Shown one piece after another: positions 8,749 through 18,567 of a stretch of 58,429 nucleotides of DNA (positions are counted from its first letter, which is position 1; each line of letters opens with the position of its first letter). Origin of the DNA: Thermodesulfobacteriota bacterium (lineage in GTDB: Bacteria > Desulfobacterota > GWC2-55-46 > JADFVP01); the NCBI GenBank assembly GCA_046754225.1, contig JBHHVI010000005.1, positions 1 to 58,429 on the forward strand, read 5' to 3'. Position numbers and translations under genes: made by a program. The notes below the pieces were generated by a model. That model saw nothing but the letters and a program-made list of their open reading frames with translations, made no database searches and was not told the DNA's origin.

Positions 8749-9723
8749 CTACCCGACCTCAAGGGGGCTGTCCGTAAGCCCGCCCTTTTTTCCACCCATC
8801 CTCAAAAACTCAACGCCCCCGATTATGCTCACGACGACCATTATGGCGAACCACATGAGAGAAAGTGTGATGGCCTCCTCCTTCGACGCCCCCACCCTTG
8901 TGAAGAGATAGACAAAGGCCCCTTCCCGGATACCGAGGCCGGCCACGGAGACGGGGAGCATCGATACCACCGTGGAGAGCGGGATAAAGAGGAAGAAGTA
9001 GGCGAGTCCCACATCTATGCCGAGCCCCCTGCTCAGCACATAATAACCTATATTCACGCCGGTCTGGACAACGAGGGATATGAGAAAAATCTTTACAAGT
9101 ATATCGCGGTGACTCTTGTAGCTCATAAGGACGTTGTAAAAGGTGTCTATTTTTTTATTTATACCGTAAAAATGTATCTTCGCCAGGATATTCATGGCCC
9201 AGCTGTGAAGCGGCCCCACCCATATAACGAGGCTCGCGCCAATATACCCCCCGATAAGGAGCACGAAGAAGCCGGGCAGGACCGTACCCTTTATGAGGGC
9301 GTAACCGGGTATAAGCGCCACGGCGGTTATGAATATGAGCGCCGAAAAGCCTGAATACCTGTCCATAAATATGGAGGCGATGGATACGCCCCCTTTTCCC
9401 GTCTCCCTGTATAGATAGAAACCCTTTATGAGGTCCCCGCCCACCATGGTGGGCAGAAAATTATTGAAGAACATGCCGACAAAATATATGGAAAGGAGTT
9501 TCAGATAGGGAACGAAACAATCCTTCTTCAGTATAAGGGACATGCGGTGGGCGGAGACGGCCTGTATGAAAATATATAAGAGGGCCACAAATATAACGGC
9601 AAAGGGGCTGACGGACTTGACCGTCTCCCAGAAGGCCGCCAGATCCATGCCGCTGAAAAGGAAATAGAGTATGCCGCCGCTTACAACGAGCTTTGCGAGG
9701 GTGGTCAGAACCTTTTTCATCAT
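8749..9723 (-). CDS. UPF0104 / LPG-synthase-TM flippase-like membrane protein
   Basis: Multi-TM protein with FFNNFLPTMVGGD and LPVSVAGLGIRE motifs. Confidence 0.8.
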   Translation of the reverse strand: MMKKVLTTLAKLVVSGGILYFLFSGMDLAAFWETVKSVSPFAVIFVALLYIFIQAVSAHRMSLILKKDCFVPYLKLLSIYFVGMFFNNFLPTMVGGDLIKGFYLYRETGKGGVSIASIFMDRYSGFSALIFITAVALIPGYALIKGTVLPGFFVLLIGGYIGASLVIWVGPLHSWAMNILAKIHFYGINKKIDTFYNVLMSYKSHRDILVKIFLISLVVQTGVNIGYYVLSRGLGIDVGLAYFFLFIPLSTVVSMLPVSVAGLGIREGAFVYLFTRVGASKEEAITLSLMWFAIMVVVSIIGGVEFLRMGGKKGGLTDSPLEVG

Positions 9724-10703
9724 CGCCCGAGGACCTTCCTGACGAAAAAGACCGGTTTATCCTGCGACTCATGGTAGACCCTGGCGAGCATCTCTCCAAG
9801 AAGACCCATGAAGACGAGCTGTACCCCGAGGATAATAAGGAGTATGGCAAGGAGCAGGAGCGGCCTGCCGCCTATCTGATGGCCGAGGACAATCTTGTCG
9901 AAGCTCAGGTAAAGGGATATAAAAAAACCGAAAAACCCTAAAACGAGTCCGAGAGGGCCGAAGGCGTGAATCGGGCGGGTTGAAAAACTCTGGAGGAATT
10001 TTACGGTAATAAGGTCGAGAAAGACCCTTATCGTCCTTGAAATTCCGTACTTGGAACGGCCGAACCGCCTCTCGTGATGGGTCGTCTCCACCTCCTTGAT
10101 GGTCGCCCCCACCCAGCTTGCGATGGCCGGGATAAACCTGTGCATCTCGCCGTAGAGCTTTACGTTCTTTATCACCTCTTTCCTGTACGCCTTCAGAGTG
10201 CATCCGTAGTCATGGAGATACACGCCCGTGACCTTTGAGATGAGCCAGTTGGCCGCCATGGAAGGGAGCCTCCTTGAAAAAAACGGGTCTTTCCTCTTCT
10301 TTCTCCACCCGCTTACGATGTCGCAGTCCTTAATTTTATCAAGGAGCATGGGGATGTCTTCAGGGTCGTTCTGGAGGTCGGCGTCCATGGTTACGATTAT
10401 ATCTCCCACGGCGTATTGTATGCCGGCGGCCATGGCGGCGGTCTGACCGAAATTCCTCCTGAAGGAGACGACCACCACTTTCTTGTCCTTTTTATGAAGG
10501 CCCTCGAGTATCTCAAAGGTGGAGTCCCGGCTCCCGTCGTCCACAAAGAGGATCTCGTAGGTGCGCCCCGTCGAGTCCATTACCTTCTTTACGGACTCGT
10601 AAAGGGGCGTAACGCTCTCTTCCTCCTCGTAGACGGGGATTACGATGGAGACGGTATCTTTGGCGGATACGGTCTTTTTCTTTTCAACACTTCCCTTCAA
10701 CAA
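9720..10703 (-). CDS. GT2 undecaprenyl-phosphate glycosyltransferase (ArnC/DPM1-like)
   Basis: VDDGSRD, RRNFGQTAA, MDADLQNDP, HDYGCTLKAY and MHRFIP motifs, plus two C-terminal TM helices. Confidence 0.9.
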   Translation of the reverse strand: MLKGSVEKKKTVSAKDTVSIVIPVYEEEESVTPLYESVKKVMDSTGRTYEILFVDDGSRDSTFEILEGLHKKDKKVVVVSFRRNFGQTAAMAAGIQYAVGDIIVTMDADLQNDPEDIPMLLDKIKDCDIVSGWRKKRKDPFFSRRLPSMAANWLISKVTGVYLHDYGCTLKAYRKEVIKNVKLYGEMHRFIPAIASWVGATIKEVETTHHERRFGRSKYGISRTIRVFLDLITVKFLQSFSTRPIHAFGPLGLVLGFFGFFISLYLSFDKIVLGHQIGGRPLLLLAILLIILGVQLVFMGLLGEMLARVYHESQDKPVFFVRKVLGR

Positions 10704-10762
10704 AAAACTCCTTTAAAGATCTTATCGTTTGCCTGCCTCCGCCGCGCCGAAAGGGCAGTGGC

Positions 10763-12292
10763 TCAAAACCCCTTCTGCCTGCCGGCCCCTTTTTTCATGC
10801 CCTTAAAACCAAGACACCTGAAGATGGTGAATCTTTTGAGCACCCGCCCCTTGTAATATACAGGAAAAATCTCTTTTTTGCACCCCTCGAAGGCCCCGAC
10901 GACCATGGCCTCCGCTGGCGCGTCTCCGCCCTTTACATATATGGCGTCAAACCCCTTTAAACCCTCAAAGCCGCCCCAGAGGTCATACTGGTTCATCCTC
11001 CTCGAGCCTGTGTCCACGTTATAGGTGACGGGGCGGCCCAAAGTGTAAAAGGCGAGCTCGCTCGTAATCTGGTAAGTATCGCTCATAATAAAGGTCCTGG
11101 CGCCGCTGCGGGAGTCCATCTCACCCTTGACCTCCGAGACCTTTTGGCCGAGCTCCGTCCAGCCAGTCACCCTGTTGTAAGGAGGGCCCCAGAGTATCTT
11201 TTTAGCCCCCAGGGGTTCAAGGAGCCAGGGGCAATAGACGACGGTCGTCCCCAGGGCGCCCATAAAGATACCTGCCGCGGCCGCGGCCGCAAGTAACCTT
11301 CTCCCTTTTGAGCCGCTCTTTTTATATGCCGCTCGAAAGGCCCATATGGATGCGGGGAGCGCCGTCACGTAAGAGGCCACAGCCCAGTTGGCCTGAACCT
11401 TACCATGAAATCCCTTAAAGAGAAAAAAGAAAAACAAAAAAGCCGAGGCGAAAAAAAAGTAAAGTTGAACGCTCTTCTTTTCCTTTCTGCCCGACCTCCA
11501 GCATCTCCATATCCCGTAGGCGAGCCCCATGAAGATAATGGGGGTAATAAGGCCCAACTGGGAGGCGAAGAAACCGAAGGGCTCCGCGACGGAGAAGGAG
11601 GCGCTTCCGAGGTGTGCCTGGCCCATTGTGTGCTTGAAAGTCACCCCGCCGTTCCTCAAGTTCCATATCAGGACCGGCGAGGCCGCTATAGCGCTTATGA
11701 CAGAGGCCAGATAGGGCGCCGGCCTTTTAAGCCAGAACCTGTCCCTCTCGGAAACGAGAAGGAAAAGGAAGGTGGCCGGGTAGATGAGCACCATCGTATA
11801 CTTGCTTAAAAACCCTATGCCTATTGAAAGGCCCGCGACGTACCACCACCCGGCGCTTCGCGTCCGAAGCGCCGTGATGATTAAATAGACGGACAGGGCC
11901 CAGAAAAAGACAAAGAGCACGTCCGTGGTCATCAAGATGGAGCCTATGGCGAAGAGCGGGATTATCGCCGGGAGAAGGGCGGAGTAGAAGCCGGTCCTTT
12001 CGCTCCCCGAAAGCGCACGGCCGAGGTGGTAGAGGACAAAGGAGGCCAGGGCCGAGAATATAACGGCGCCGAGCCTCACGGCGAGCTCCGTCGAGCCGAA
12101 AATCCCTGTAAATACGGCTATCACATAGGCTATAAAAGGGCCCTTGCTGTAATAACTCAGGTCCAGCCTCCGTGACCACTCCCAGTAATGGGCCTCGTCT
12201 GGCGAGAGGTGAAAGGGCGTATAGACGATATAGATTATCCTCAGAAGAGAAATTATCGTGAGGGCCAGAAGGACCTTATTCCTATACTTCAA
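10763..12292 (-). CDS. ArnT/PMT_2-like GT-C membrane glycosyltransferase
   Basis: DEAHYWEWSRRLDLSYYSKGP, LSKY and QANW motifs; many TM segments. Confidence 0.85.
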   Translation of the reverse strand: MKYRNKVLLALTIISLLRIIYIVYTPFHLSPDEAHYWEWSRRLDLSYYSKGPFIAYVIAVFTGIFGSTELAVRLGAVIFSALASFVLYHLGRALSGSERTGFYSALLPAIIPLFAIGSILMTTDVLFVFFWALSVYLIITALRTRSAGWWYVAGLSIGIGFLSKYTMVLIYPATFLFLLVSERDRFWLKRPAPYLASVISAIAASPVLIWNLRNGGVTFKHTMGQAHLGSASFSVAEPFGFFASQLGLITPIIFMGLAYGIWRCWRSGRKEKKSVQLYFFFASAFLFFFFLFKGFHGKVQANWAVASYVTALPASIWAFRAAYKKSGSKGRRLLAAAAAAGIFMGALGTTVVYCPWLLEPLGAKKILWGPPYNRVTGWTELGQKVSEVKGEMDSRSGARTFIMSDTYQITSELAFYTLGRPVTYNVDTGSRRMNQYDLWGGFEGLKGFDAIYVKGGDAPAEAMVVGAFEGCKKEIFPVYYKGRVLKRFTIFRCLGFKGMKKGAGRQKGF

Positions 12293-12857
12293 AATACTCC
12301 CGCTTTTGCCTGTAATGGTTTATTAAAGACTGGAAGACCCTTCTGTCAAGCTCTGAAAAGACGAAGGCGCAGACCGTGCCGAGCGCCGCCCCGGCGATTA
12401 CGTCAAGCGGGTAATGGACGCCCACGTAGACTCGTGAATATGCCACGGCCGCGGCGAGAAGCAAAAAGAGCGGCGTAAACTTCTTATACCTTGTGCTCAA
12501 CAGCACCATGGCGGCGAATATGTTCGTGGCGTGGCCCGAAGGCATAGAGTAGGACCCGCCGCAACCCACGAGAAGCAGCACGTCTTCAAGGCCGTGACAG
12601 GGCCTTACCCTTAAAAAGACGTTTTTGAACGTCGATGAGAAAAAATCGCTGACCAGGACCGTGACGAGTACAAGGACCAGGCCCCTGACGTCCCTCCTCC
12701 TCCCCTTAAAAAAAACAAGGAGGGCGGCGGCGAGGATTACGAAGACAAGATGGCTCTTGTCCGTTATAAAGGGCATGAGGAAATCAAAAAAGGGGTTTGA
12801 AAGCCCCCTGTTTATAATATGGAAAAGGGAGGCGTCGAACCTCGCTAATGCGTCCAT
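12282..12857 (-). CDS. PAP2 family phosphatase (lipid A or undecaprenyl-PP phosphatase-like)
   Basis: K-x6-RP, PSGH and SRVYVGVHYPLD motifs. Confidence 0.9.
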   Translation of the reverse strand: MDALARFDASLFHIINRGLSNPFFDFLMPFITDKSHLVFVILAAALLVFFKGRRRDVRGLVLVLVTVLVSDFFSSTFKNVFLRVRPCHGLEDVLLLVGCGGSYSMPSGHATNIFAAMVLLSTRYKKFTPLFLLLAAAVAYSRVYVGVHYPLDVIAGAALGTVCAFVFSELDRRVFQSLINHYRQKREYFEV

Positions 12858-12881
12858 GCAAAAAAACCTTTCCGTAAAAAA

Positions 12882-13904
12882 CTATCCCAACAACCTGAAA
12901 ACCGCGTCTAAAACATCTTCGACTGTAATCTCCTTCATGCACCTCGGATCGGGGCAGGTTTTCCTGAAGCACGGGCTGCACCCGAGGCCGCTACTCACCA
13001 CTATATGGCCCTCACCGTAAGGGCCGGTCCTGTGCGCCGACGTGGGGCCGAAAAGCGCTATAACGGGCAGCCCCGCGGCCGCCGCTATATGCATGGGGCC
13101 GGAATCCACGGTAACGGCGAAGCCGGCCAGCTTCATAAGTGCGGCGAGCCCCTTAAGATCGAACAGCCCCGCCACATTGTAGGCCCCCTCCCCTATGCCC
13201 GCCCTTATCCTTTCAACCTTACCCCTTTCCCCCCCGGACCCGGTTATCAAGACCCTGAGAGAACGCCGGGAATAAAGTTTTTTCCCCAGCTCTATGAATT
13301 TTTTCTTCTCCCAGAGTTTCGTAGACCACCTTGCCGTCGGGACCATTATACAAAAAGACCCCGTGGCCGTCTCTATGCCGTTTTTTTCCAATATGGTTTT
13401 AACACTTCTTATATCCTCTTTTCCAATATTTAAAGGAAACTCCACGCCGGAAGCCTCGCCCCCGGCGTAGCGGGCGAGATCGAGGTACCTGTCCACGGCG
13501 TGCTTGTCCGGGTCGTAGGCGGCGACCCTCTCGTTCAAAAACAAATAGCTCAGCTCCCTGGAGTTTGAAAAACCGATCCTCCTGCCTGCCTTTGAGAGGC
13601 CTACCCACACGGCGCTCTTAAAGAGCCCCTGAAAGTCGAGGACCATGTCGTAGCGCCGCGAGGCGAGGAACCTGACAGTCCTTATATTGACCTTGCTGTC
13701 ACGTGTCCAGCCCCGGTTCTTTACCACTATAAGGTTATTTATAAGGGGATTTCCCCTGAGTATGCTGCTTGCGGACTCCTCAACAAGCCAGTCTATCTCC
13801 GAAGGCACCCCTTTTTTGTCAAAGCCCTTTTTAAGGGCGTAAAGGGACGGCAGCGTATGGACCACGTCTCCGATGGAGGAGAGTTTTACTATGAGGATTT
13901 TCAT
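12882..13904 (-). CDS. waaC: LPS heptosyltransferase I-like (GT9); probable start 13904, ORF open to 14006
   Basis: MKILIVKLSSIGDVVHTLP, IDWLVEE, DFQGLFKS and DSGPMHIAAA motifs. Confidence 0.8.
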   Translation of the reverse strand: MKILIVKLSSIGDVVHTLPSLYALKKGFDKKGVPSEIDWLVEESASSILRGNPLINNLIVVKNRGWTRDSKVNIRTVRFLASRRYDMVLDFQGLFKSAVWVGLSKAGRRIGFSNSRELSYLFLNERVAAYDPDKHAVDRYLDLARYAGGEASGVEFPLNIGKEDIRSVKTILEKNGIETATGSFCIMVPTARWSTKLWEKKKFIELGKKLYSRRSLRVLITGSGGERGKVERIRAGIGEGAYNVAGLFDLKGLAALMKLAGFAVTVDSGPMHIAAAAGLPVIALFGPTSAHRTGPYGEGHIVVSSGLGCSPCFRKTCPDPRCMKEITVEDVLDAVFRLLG

Positions 13905-13954
13905 TCGTTTATTCGGTCTTTTTTTGTCCGACTCAACCGCGCTTGAAGCCGCCG

Positions 13955-14545
13955 TCACTTTAACGCGCTCCGCTGCGCCCTTTTTTTCAAATCGTCTAAA
14001 ATCCACCGGACGGCCTGGAGGAGGTCTTGTGCTACAAGGGCAGGCGCGAAGGAAAGTTTTCTTAGCTCCTCTTGCCAGGGGCCGGTCTTTACGAGCACGC
14101 CCTTTGCGCCTATCTTTGCCGCGAGTTCAACATCCGAGGCCCTGTCACCCACCACATAGGAGATTGCCGGGTCTATGCCGTGCTCCTTGGCGGCCCTCTT
14201 TACAAGACCCTTGCCCGGCTTCCTGCACTCGCAGGAGTCATCGGGGTGGTGGGGGCAATAATAGAGGGCGTCGAAACGGGCGCCCTTTTTTTCGAGAAGT
14301 TCGGCGAGCCTTCTATTCACGGCGTCAACGTCTTTCAGCGTAAAAAAACCTCTCGCCACCCCCGACTGGTTTGTAATAACTACGACCTTTACGCCGTTAT
14401 CATTCAAGGCCTTCAGCCCCCGGGCCGAGCCTTCTATGAGGCGGAGTTCTTCGGGGCCGGCGATATAGCCGGTGTCCACGTTAATCGTGCCGTCCCTGTC
14501 AAGAAATACGGCGGCCTTTAATTTTCCGCCTTCTTTAGACTTCAT
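13955..14545 (-). CDS. gmhB: D-glycero-D-manno-heptose 1,7-bisphosphate phosphatase
   Basis: FLDRDGTIN, TNQSGVARG, YYCPHHP-CECRKP and GDRASD motifs; located in the LPS cluster. Confidence 0.92.
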   Translation of the reverse strand: MKSKEGGKLKAAVFLDRDGTINVDTGYIAGPEELRLIEGSARGLKALNDNGVKVVVITNQSGVARGFFTLKDVDAVNRRLAELLEKKGARFDALYYCPHHPDDSCECRKPGKGLVKRAAKEHGIDPAISYVVGDRASDVELAAKIGAKGVLVKTGPWQEELRKLSFAPALVAQDLLQAVRWILDDLKKRAQRSALK

Positions 14546-15596
14546 AATCTTCGACCCTGCTTAGAAGCTCCGCCGCCTCTGAATAGACTTCTTCGGCGGT
14601 AATCGATGTAAGACACCTGTAATGGCCGTAACGGCATTTCCTCTCGAAGCAGGGGCTGCAACTCGTATCCTTTATCAACACCCTGACGTTACCCCCTTGA
14701 GGGCCGGTGAGGCGCGGGTCGGTGGAGCCGAATATCGCCACCGTGGGAAGCCCCAAAGCCGCCGCTATGTGCATGGGACCGGAGTCATTCGCAATAAAGA
14801 GCCTTAACATGGAGGCGAGGGCCATAAACCGCCTTAAAGAAATCTTTCCGGCAAGGTTAAGCCCTCCCGGCCTTTCTTTCTCTACCATTTCAAAGACCTT
14901 TTCAGAGGCCTCTATGTCATCAGGGCCGCCGAAGACGATGGGCACGGCGCCGAGCTCCCCTGAAAGCCTTATAAGGACGCGGGCGAACCTCTCGGGCGGC
15001 CACATCTTGGCCGGACCGTAGCTCGCCCCTGGACTGGCCCCTATAAGGGGTGCGCCCCCAAGCCCCTTTTCCCTTAAAAACTCCTTCGCATCGAGACGCT
15101 CCCCTTCACTTAAATATATCTTCGGCGCCGCTTCTCCGTAGCGGCTTCCACCCAGGGCCTCTATTATCCTGAGATAATAAAAGACGTGGTGAAGCCTTTT
15201 CACCTCATCACTAAAGCGCACGGGTATTGTGAGGAGACCTCCCCTCATGTCCCGCGAGTAGCCGGCCCTCTCCGGTATGCGCGAGATAAAGGATATAAAG
15301 GCCGCGTCGAAGGCGTTCTGAAAGAGAACGGCGAGTTGAAATTTTTTTGTCCTGAGCCGGCCCGAGAGCCTGAACCTGCCGGCGAGCCCCTTGAAGTCTT
15401 CGCCGTATTCGATTATCCCTTTAACGGCCGGGTTCCTTTCATAAACGGGGATAACCTTCTTCTTCGCAAGGAGCGTAATCTCGGACCCGCCATAGAGCCT
15501 TTTAAGAGACTCGAGGGCGGGAAGCGTCATAACCGCGTCCCCCACCCAGTTAGGGGTCCTTACGAGTATCCTCTTTTTATTCCCGCCCTTCATCAA
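14535..15596 (-). CDS. waaF: LPS heptosyltransferase II
   Basis: PNWVGDAVM, PGASYGPAKMWP, NDSGPMHIAAA and CSPCFERKC motifs. Confidence 0.9.
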   Translation of the reverse strand: MMKGGNKKRILVRTPNWVGDAVMTLPALESLKRLYGGSEITLLAKKKVIPVYERNPAVKGIIEYGEDFKGLAGRFRLSGRLRTKKFQLAVLFQNAFDAAFISFISRIPERAGYSRDMRGGLLTIPVRFSDEVKRLHHVFYYLRIIEALGGSRYGEAAPKIYLSEGERLDAKEFLREKGLGGAPLIGASPGASYGPAKMWPPERFARVLIRLSGELGAVPIVFGGPDDIEASEKVFEMVEKERPGGLNLAGKISLRRFMALASMLRLFIANDSGPMHIAAALGLPTVAIFGSTDPRLTGPQGGNVRVLIKDTSCSPCFERKCRYGHYRCLTSITAEEVYSEAAELLSRVEDYEV

Positions 15597-15867
15597 TGTC
15601 CTGAAAATTCATTAAGTTAAAGGCCGCCCAACCTCCCGGACCGCCAAAAAAACAATAAAATATTATATTATAAATGTCATCCCAATAAAACCTTTTTGAG
15701 GGGGAGGCGTAAAAAGAGACCCCCTGACTCATAATGGGGAGGGTCTTTTCCCCGGCCGCGGACCGGAACTTCCGGCGCGGAGAGGGGAATTTTTTTGAAT
15801 GTAACGGCTCCGGGGGCTGGAATGTATTTAAGTAAAAAAAATTTTAACGATATGCTATATTTCTTTT

Positions 15868-17319
15868 ATGGGACCGGAACTTTTAAAAAAGATCGTCGAT
15901 GAACTCGGCGAAGTAGTTACGGGCGGGCTGATTTCAAAGATAGACCAGCCCGGCGACAGGGATCTGGTCCTGAAAATATTTTTAAGGGGCAAGACGCGAT
16001 GGCTCATCATCTCCACGGACCCGGACTTTTCAAGGCTCCACCTTACCGGTAAAAAACATACGAACCCGAAGACCCCTAAACGTTTCTGCTCCTTTTTAAG
16101 GAGCCGCATCTTGAACGCGGCGATAACGTCGGTTGTACAGAGGACAGGCGAAAGGATAGTCGATTTCAAGCTCGAAAAAAAGGCCGCCGGAAAGGTATCC
16201 TCCTTTATTCTACGGGCGGAACTCACCGGTAAATCCAGTAATATTATCCTTCTCGACAGCGACAACGTCGTCCTTGACGCCCTCAGGTATTTCCAACCCC
16301 ATGTATCCGCAAGGGCCGTCACTCCCGGCGTTATTCTCGAAGAACTTCCGCCAAAAAAAACGGCGGCGGGCCCCGAGAGGCTCCCGGAGAAACCGGAAGG
16401 GGCCACCTGGAACGGCTTTATCGATTCTTACTACTCGGGGATAATAGAAAAGGGGCGGTTCCGCGCCGAGGAAAAACGCCTCATGCAGGCGATAAAGAAG
16501 GCTGAAAAGAAGACGGGAAGAAAACTCAAGAACCTTTACTCCGATAAAAAAAGGAGCGAAGAAAACCTCGGCGCGGTCCGCTTCGGCCAGCTCCTCGTCT
16601 CAAACCTCGCCGCTGCAAAGAGGGGGATGAAGGAAGCCGTTCTTACCGACTATACAAAGATCCCTCCCGAGGAGGTCAGAGTCCCTCTCGACGAAAAACT
16701 TACCCCCGCAGAGAACGCCGAAAGGTTCTTTAAGCGTTCGAAGAAGGCGCGGACTGCTTTAAGACTCCTTAAAGAGAGGATACCCTCTGTTCAAGGGGAC
16801 CTGGAGTACATAAACTCCCTTATGTACGAACTGGAAAGGGCGGCATCAGTTGAAGACCTCGCGGTCCTTACCGAAGAACTCATAAAGGGCGGCTATATCA
16901 AAAAGGCCCCGGCAACGGCAAAGGGAAAAAAAACCGTGAAGGCGGAGCCTGTAATGAGATACACTTCCAGGGAGGGTTTTCCCGTATTCCTGGGCAGAAG
17001 CGCCACGGGTAACGACATCATCGTAAAAAAATACGCCGGTCCGGGCGATATCTGGCTCCACGCTAAAGGCGTGCCCGGTTCCCACGTCCTCATAAAGGCG
17101 GTTGGCAAGAATAAACCTCCCACGGAGAAGGCGGTAGCGGAGGCGGCGAGCCTGGCGGCCATTAACAGCAGGGCCGGAGGGGCCAAAAAGGCCGAGGTCA
17201 TCTTTACCGACGCCAGGAACGTAAAAAAGCCCAGAGGCGCTCGGCCCGGCATGGTTACGGTAAAGGAATATAAGACGATAGTCGTAAAACCAGAAGACCT
17301 TTTTAAGGGCGGAGCGTAG
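15868..17319 (+). CDS. rqcH: Ribosome quality control factor RqcH (NFACT/FbpA family)
   Basis: N-terminal NFACT domain (GDR, GERIV, ELTGKSSNIILLD), a coiled coil with ENAERFFK, and an NFACT-R domain (GRSATGND, WLHAKGVPGSHV, VKKPRGARPGMV). Confidence 0.85.
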   Translation: MGPELLKKIVDELGEVVTGGLISKIDQPGDRDLVLKIFLRGKTRWLIISTDPDFSRLHLTGKKHTNPKTPKRFCSFLRSRILNAAITSVVQRTGERIVDFKLEKKAAGKVSSFILRAELTGKSSNIILLDSDNVVLDALRYFQPHVSARAVTPGVILEELPPKKTAAGPERLPEKPEGATWNGFIDSYYSGIIEKGRFRAEEKRLMQAIKKAEKKTGRKLKNLYSDKKRSEENLGAVRFGQLLVSNLAAAKRGMKEAVLTDYTKIPPEEVRVPLDEKLTPAENAERFFKRSKKARTALRLLKERIPSVQGDLEYINSLMYELERAASVEDLAVLTEELIKGGYIKKAPATAKGKKTVKAEPVMRYTSREGFPVFLGRSATGNDIIVKKYAGPGDIWLHAKGVPGSHVLIKAVGKNKPPTEKAVAEAASLAAINSRAGGAKKAEVIFTDARNVKKPRGARPGMVTVKEYKTIVVKPEDLFKGGA

Positions 17320-17324
17320 CTGAG

Positions 17325-18248
17325 ATGAACAGACCCTACAACACCCTATCGAGTTACTTAAGGGAAAAATTCGGCGCCAGGGTCTTCAAGGTCACAATAG
17401 ACGGCGGGTTTACGTGCCCCAACAGGGACGGCACAAAGGGTTACGGGGGCTGCGTATACTGCGCGCCCGGGGCCCTCACGCCCAGGGGTTTTACCCCCGG
17501 GCTCGAAGTAACCGAACAGTTGGAGCGGGGTATCGTGAGGGTAAAAAAAAGACACAGGGCGGAAAAATTCATAGCCTACTTCCAGATAAATACAAACACC
17601 CACGCCCCCCTTGATTATTTAAAGGATATGTACGGAGAGGTCCTGGGCCGCGCCGATGTGGCGGGCCTCGCCGTATCCACGAGACCGGACAGTTTAGACG
17701 AAGGCGTGCTGAGTCTACTCTCGGAGATGAAGGAGCAAAAACCCCTCTGGGTTGAACTGGGCCTTCAGTCCGGAAACGAAAGGACCCTTGAGGCGATAAA
17801 CAGAAAACACAGCGCCGCCGACTTTGAGGACGCCGTTATAAGGGCACATAAGAGGGGTATCGATATTTGCGCCCATGTAATCCTGGGCCTTCCGGGCGAA
17901 GGCAGGACCGAGATCCTCAAGACCATCGGCCTTCTCTCAAGGCTCAAGGTATGGGGAATAAAGTTTCATCAACTGCAGGTCTTAAGGGGCGCCCCCCTTG
18001 AAAAGCTCTACAGGCGGGGCGGCGTAAAAACCCTCGGCCTTGAAGAGTATGTCCGCCTCGTGATAGAATGCCTTGAGGCGTTGCCTCCCGCCGTGGTGGT
18101 TCACAGGCTCTTCGGCGACGCGCCCGGGGATTTCCTTTTAGCGCCGAGATGGGGGCTTAACAAGTTTGTGCTTTTAGAGAGGATATTGGAGCGCATGGCT
18201 GAAATGGGAACGCGGCAGGGCGCGAGAATGCGAGCCACCGGGGGTTGA
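17325..18248 (+). CDS. TIGR01212-type (YhcC/YtqA) radical SAM protein
   Basis: GFTCPNRDGTKGYGGCVYC, AYFQ, STRPD, ELGLQS and HVILGLPGE motifs. Confidence 0.9.
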   Translation: MNRPYNTLSSYLREKFGARVFKVTIDGGFTCPNRDGTKGYGGCVYCAPGALTPRGFTPGLEVTEQLERGIVRVKKRHRAEKFIAYFQINTNTHAPLDYLKDMYGEVLGRADVAGLAVSTRPDSLDEGVLSLLSEMKEQKPLWVELGLQSGNERTLEAINRKHSAADFEDAVIRAHKRGIDICAHVILGLPGEGRTEILKTIGLLSRLKVWGIKFHQLQVLRGAPLEKLYRRGGVKTLGLEEYVRLVIECLEALPPAVVVHRLFGDAPGDFLLAPRWGLNKFVLLERILERMAEMGTRQGARMRATGG

Positions 18249-18278
18249 TATTTTTCCATTCTACAATTGAACCGAAAA

Positions 18279-18518
18279 ATGCCCACAAAAGAAGAGATAC
18301 AGGCTGAAAACAAGAAGATACGTTATTTACGGTTGATGGTGGACCTCACCTTCAACCTCATCTGCACAAGCGATATGACCCGTGAAGACGCCGCGCGGCA
18401 TGTGGCCGGCATAAGGGGGTTCGCCTCAAAGCTCTTTCCCGGCAAAGACCACGTCTTCGACCTCGTCTACGCCCCGAGGTTTACAAGGCTCCTCACAAGC
18501 AAATACAGGTTGAGTTAA
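18279..18518 (+). CDS. Small hypothetical protein
   Basis: Codirectional ORF filling the gap between two genes, with a protein-like sequence (LFPGKDHVFDLVYAPRF). ATG at 18279; the track starts at the TTG at 18267. Confidence 0.65.
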   Translation: MPTKEEIQAENKKIRYLRLMVDLTFNLICTSDMTREDAARHVAGIRGFASKLFPGKDHVFDLVYAPRFTRLLTSKYRLS

Positions 18519-18567
18519 AACGTCGCCCTGTCAATCAAATACATCCTAATGTGAAAAGGGAGGAACA

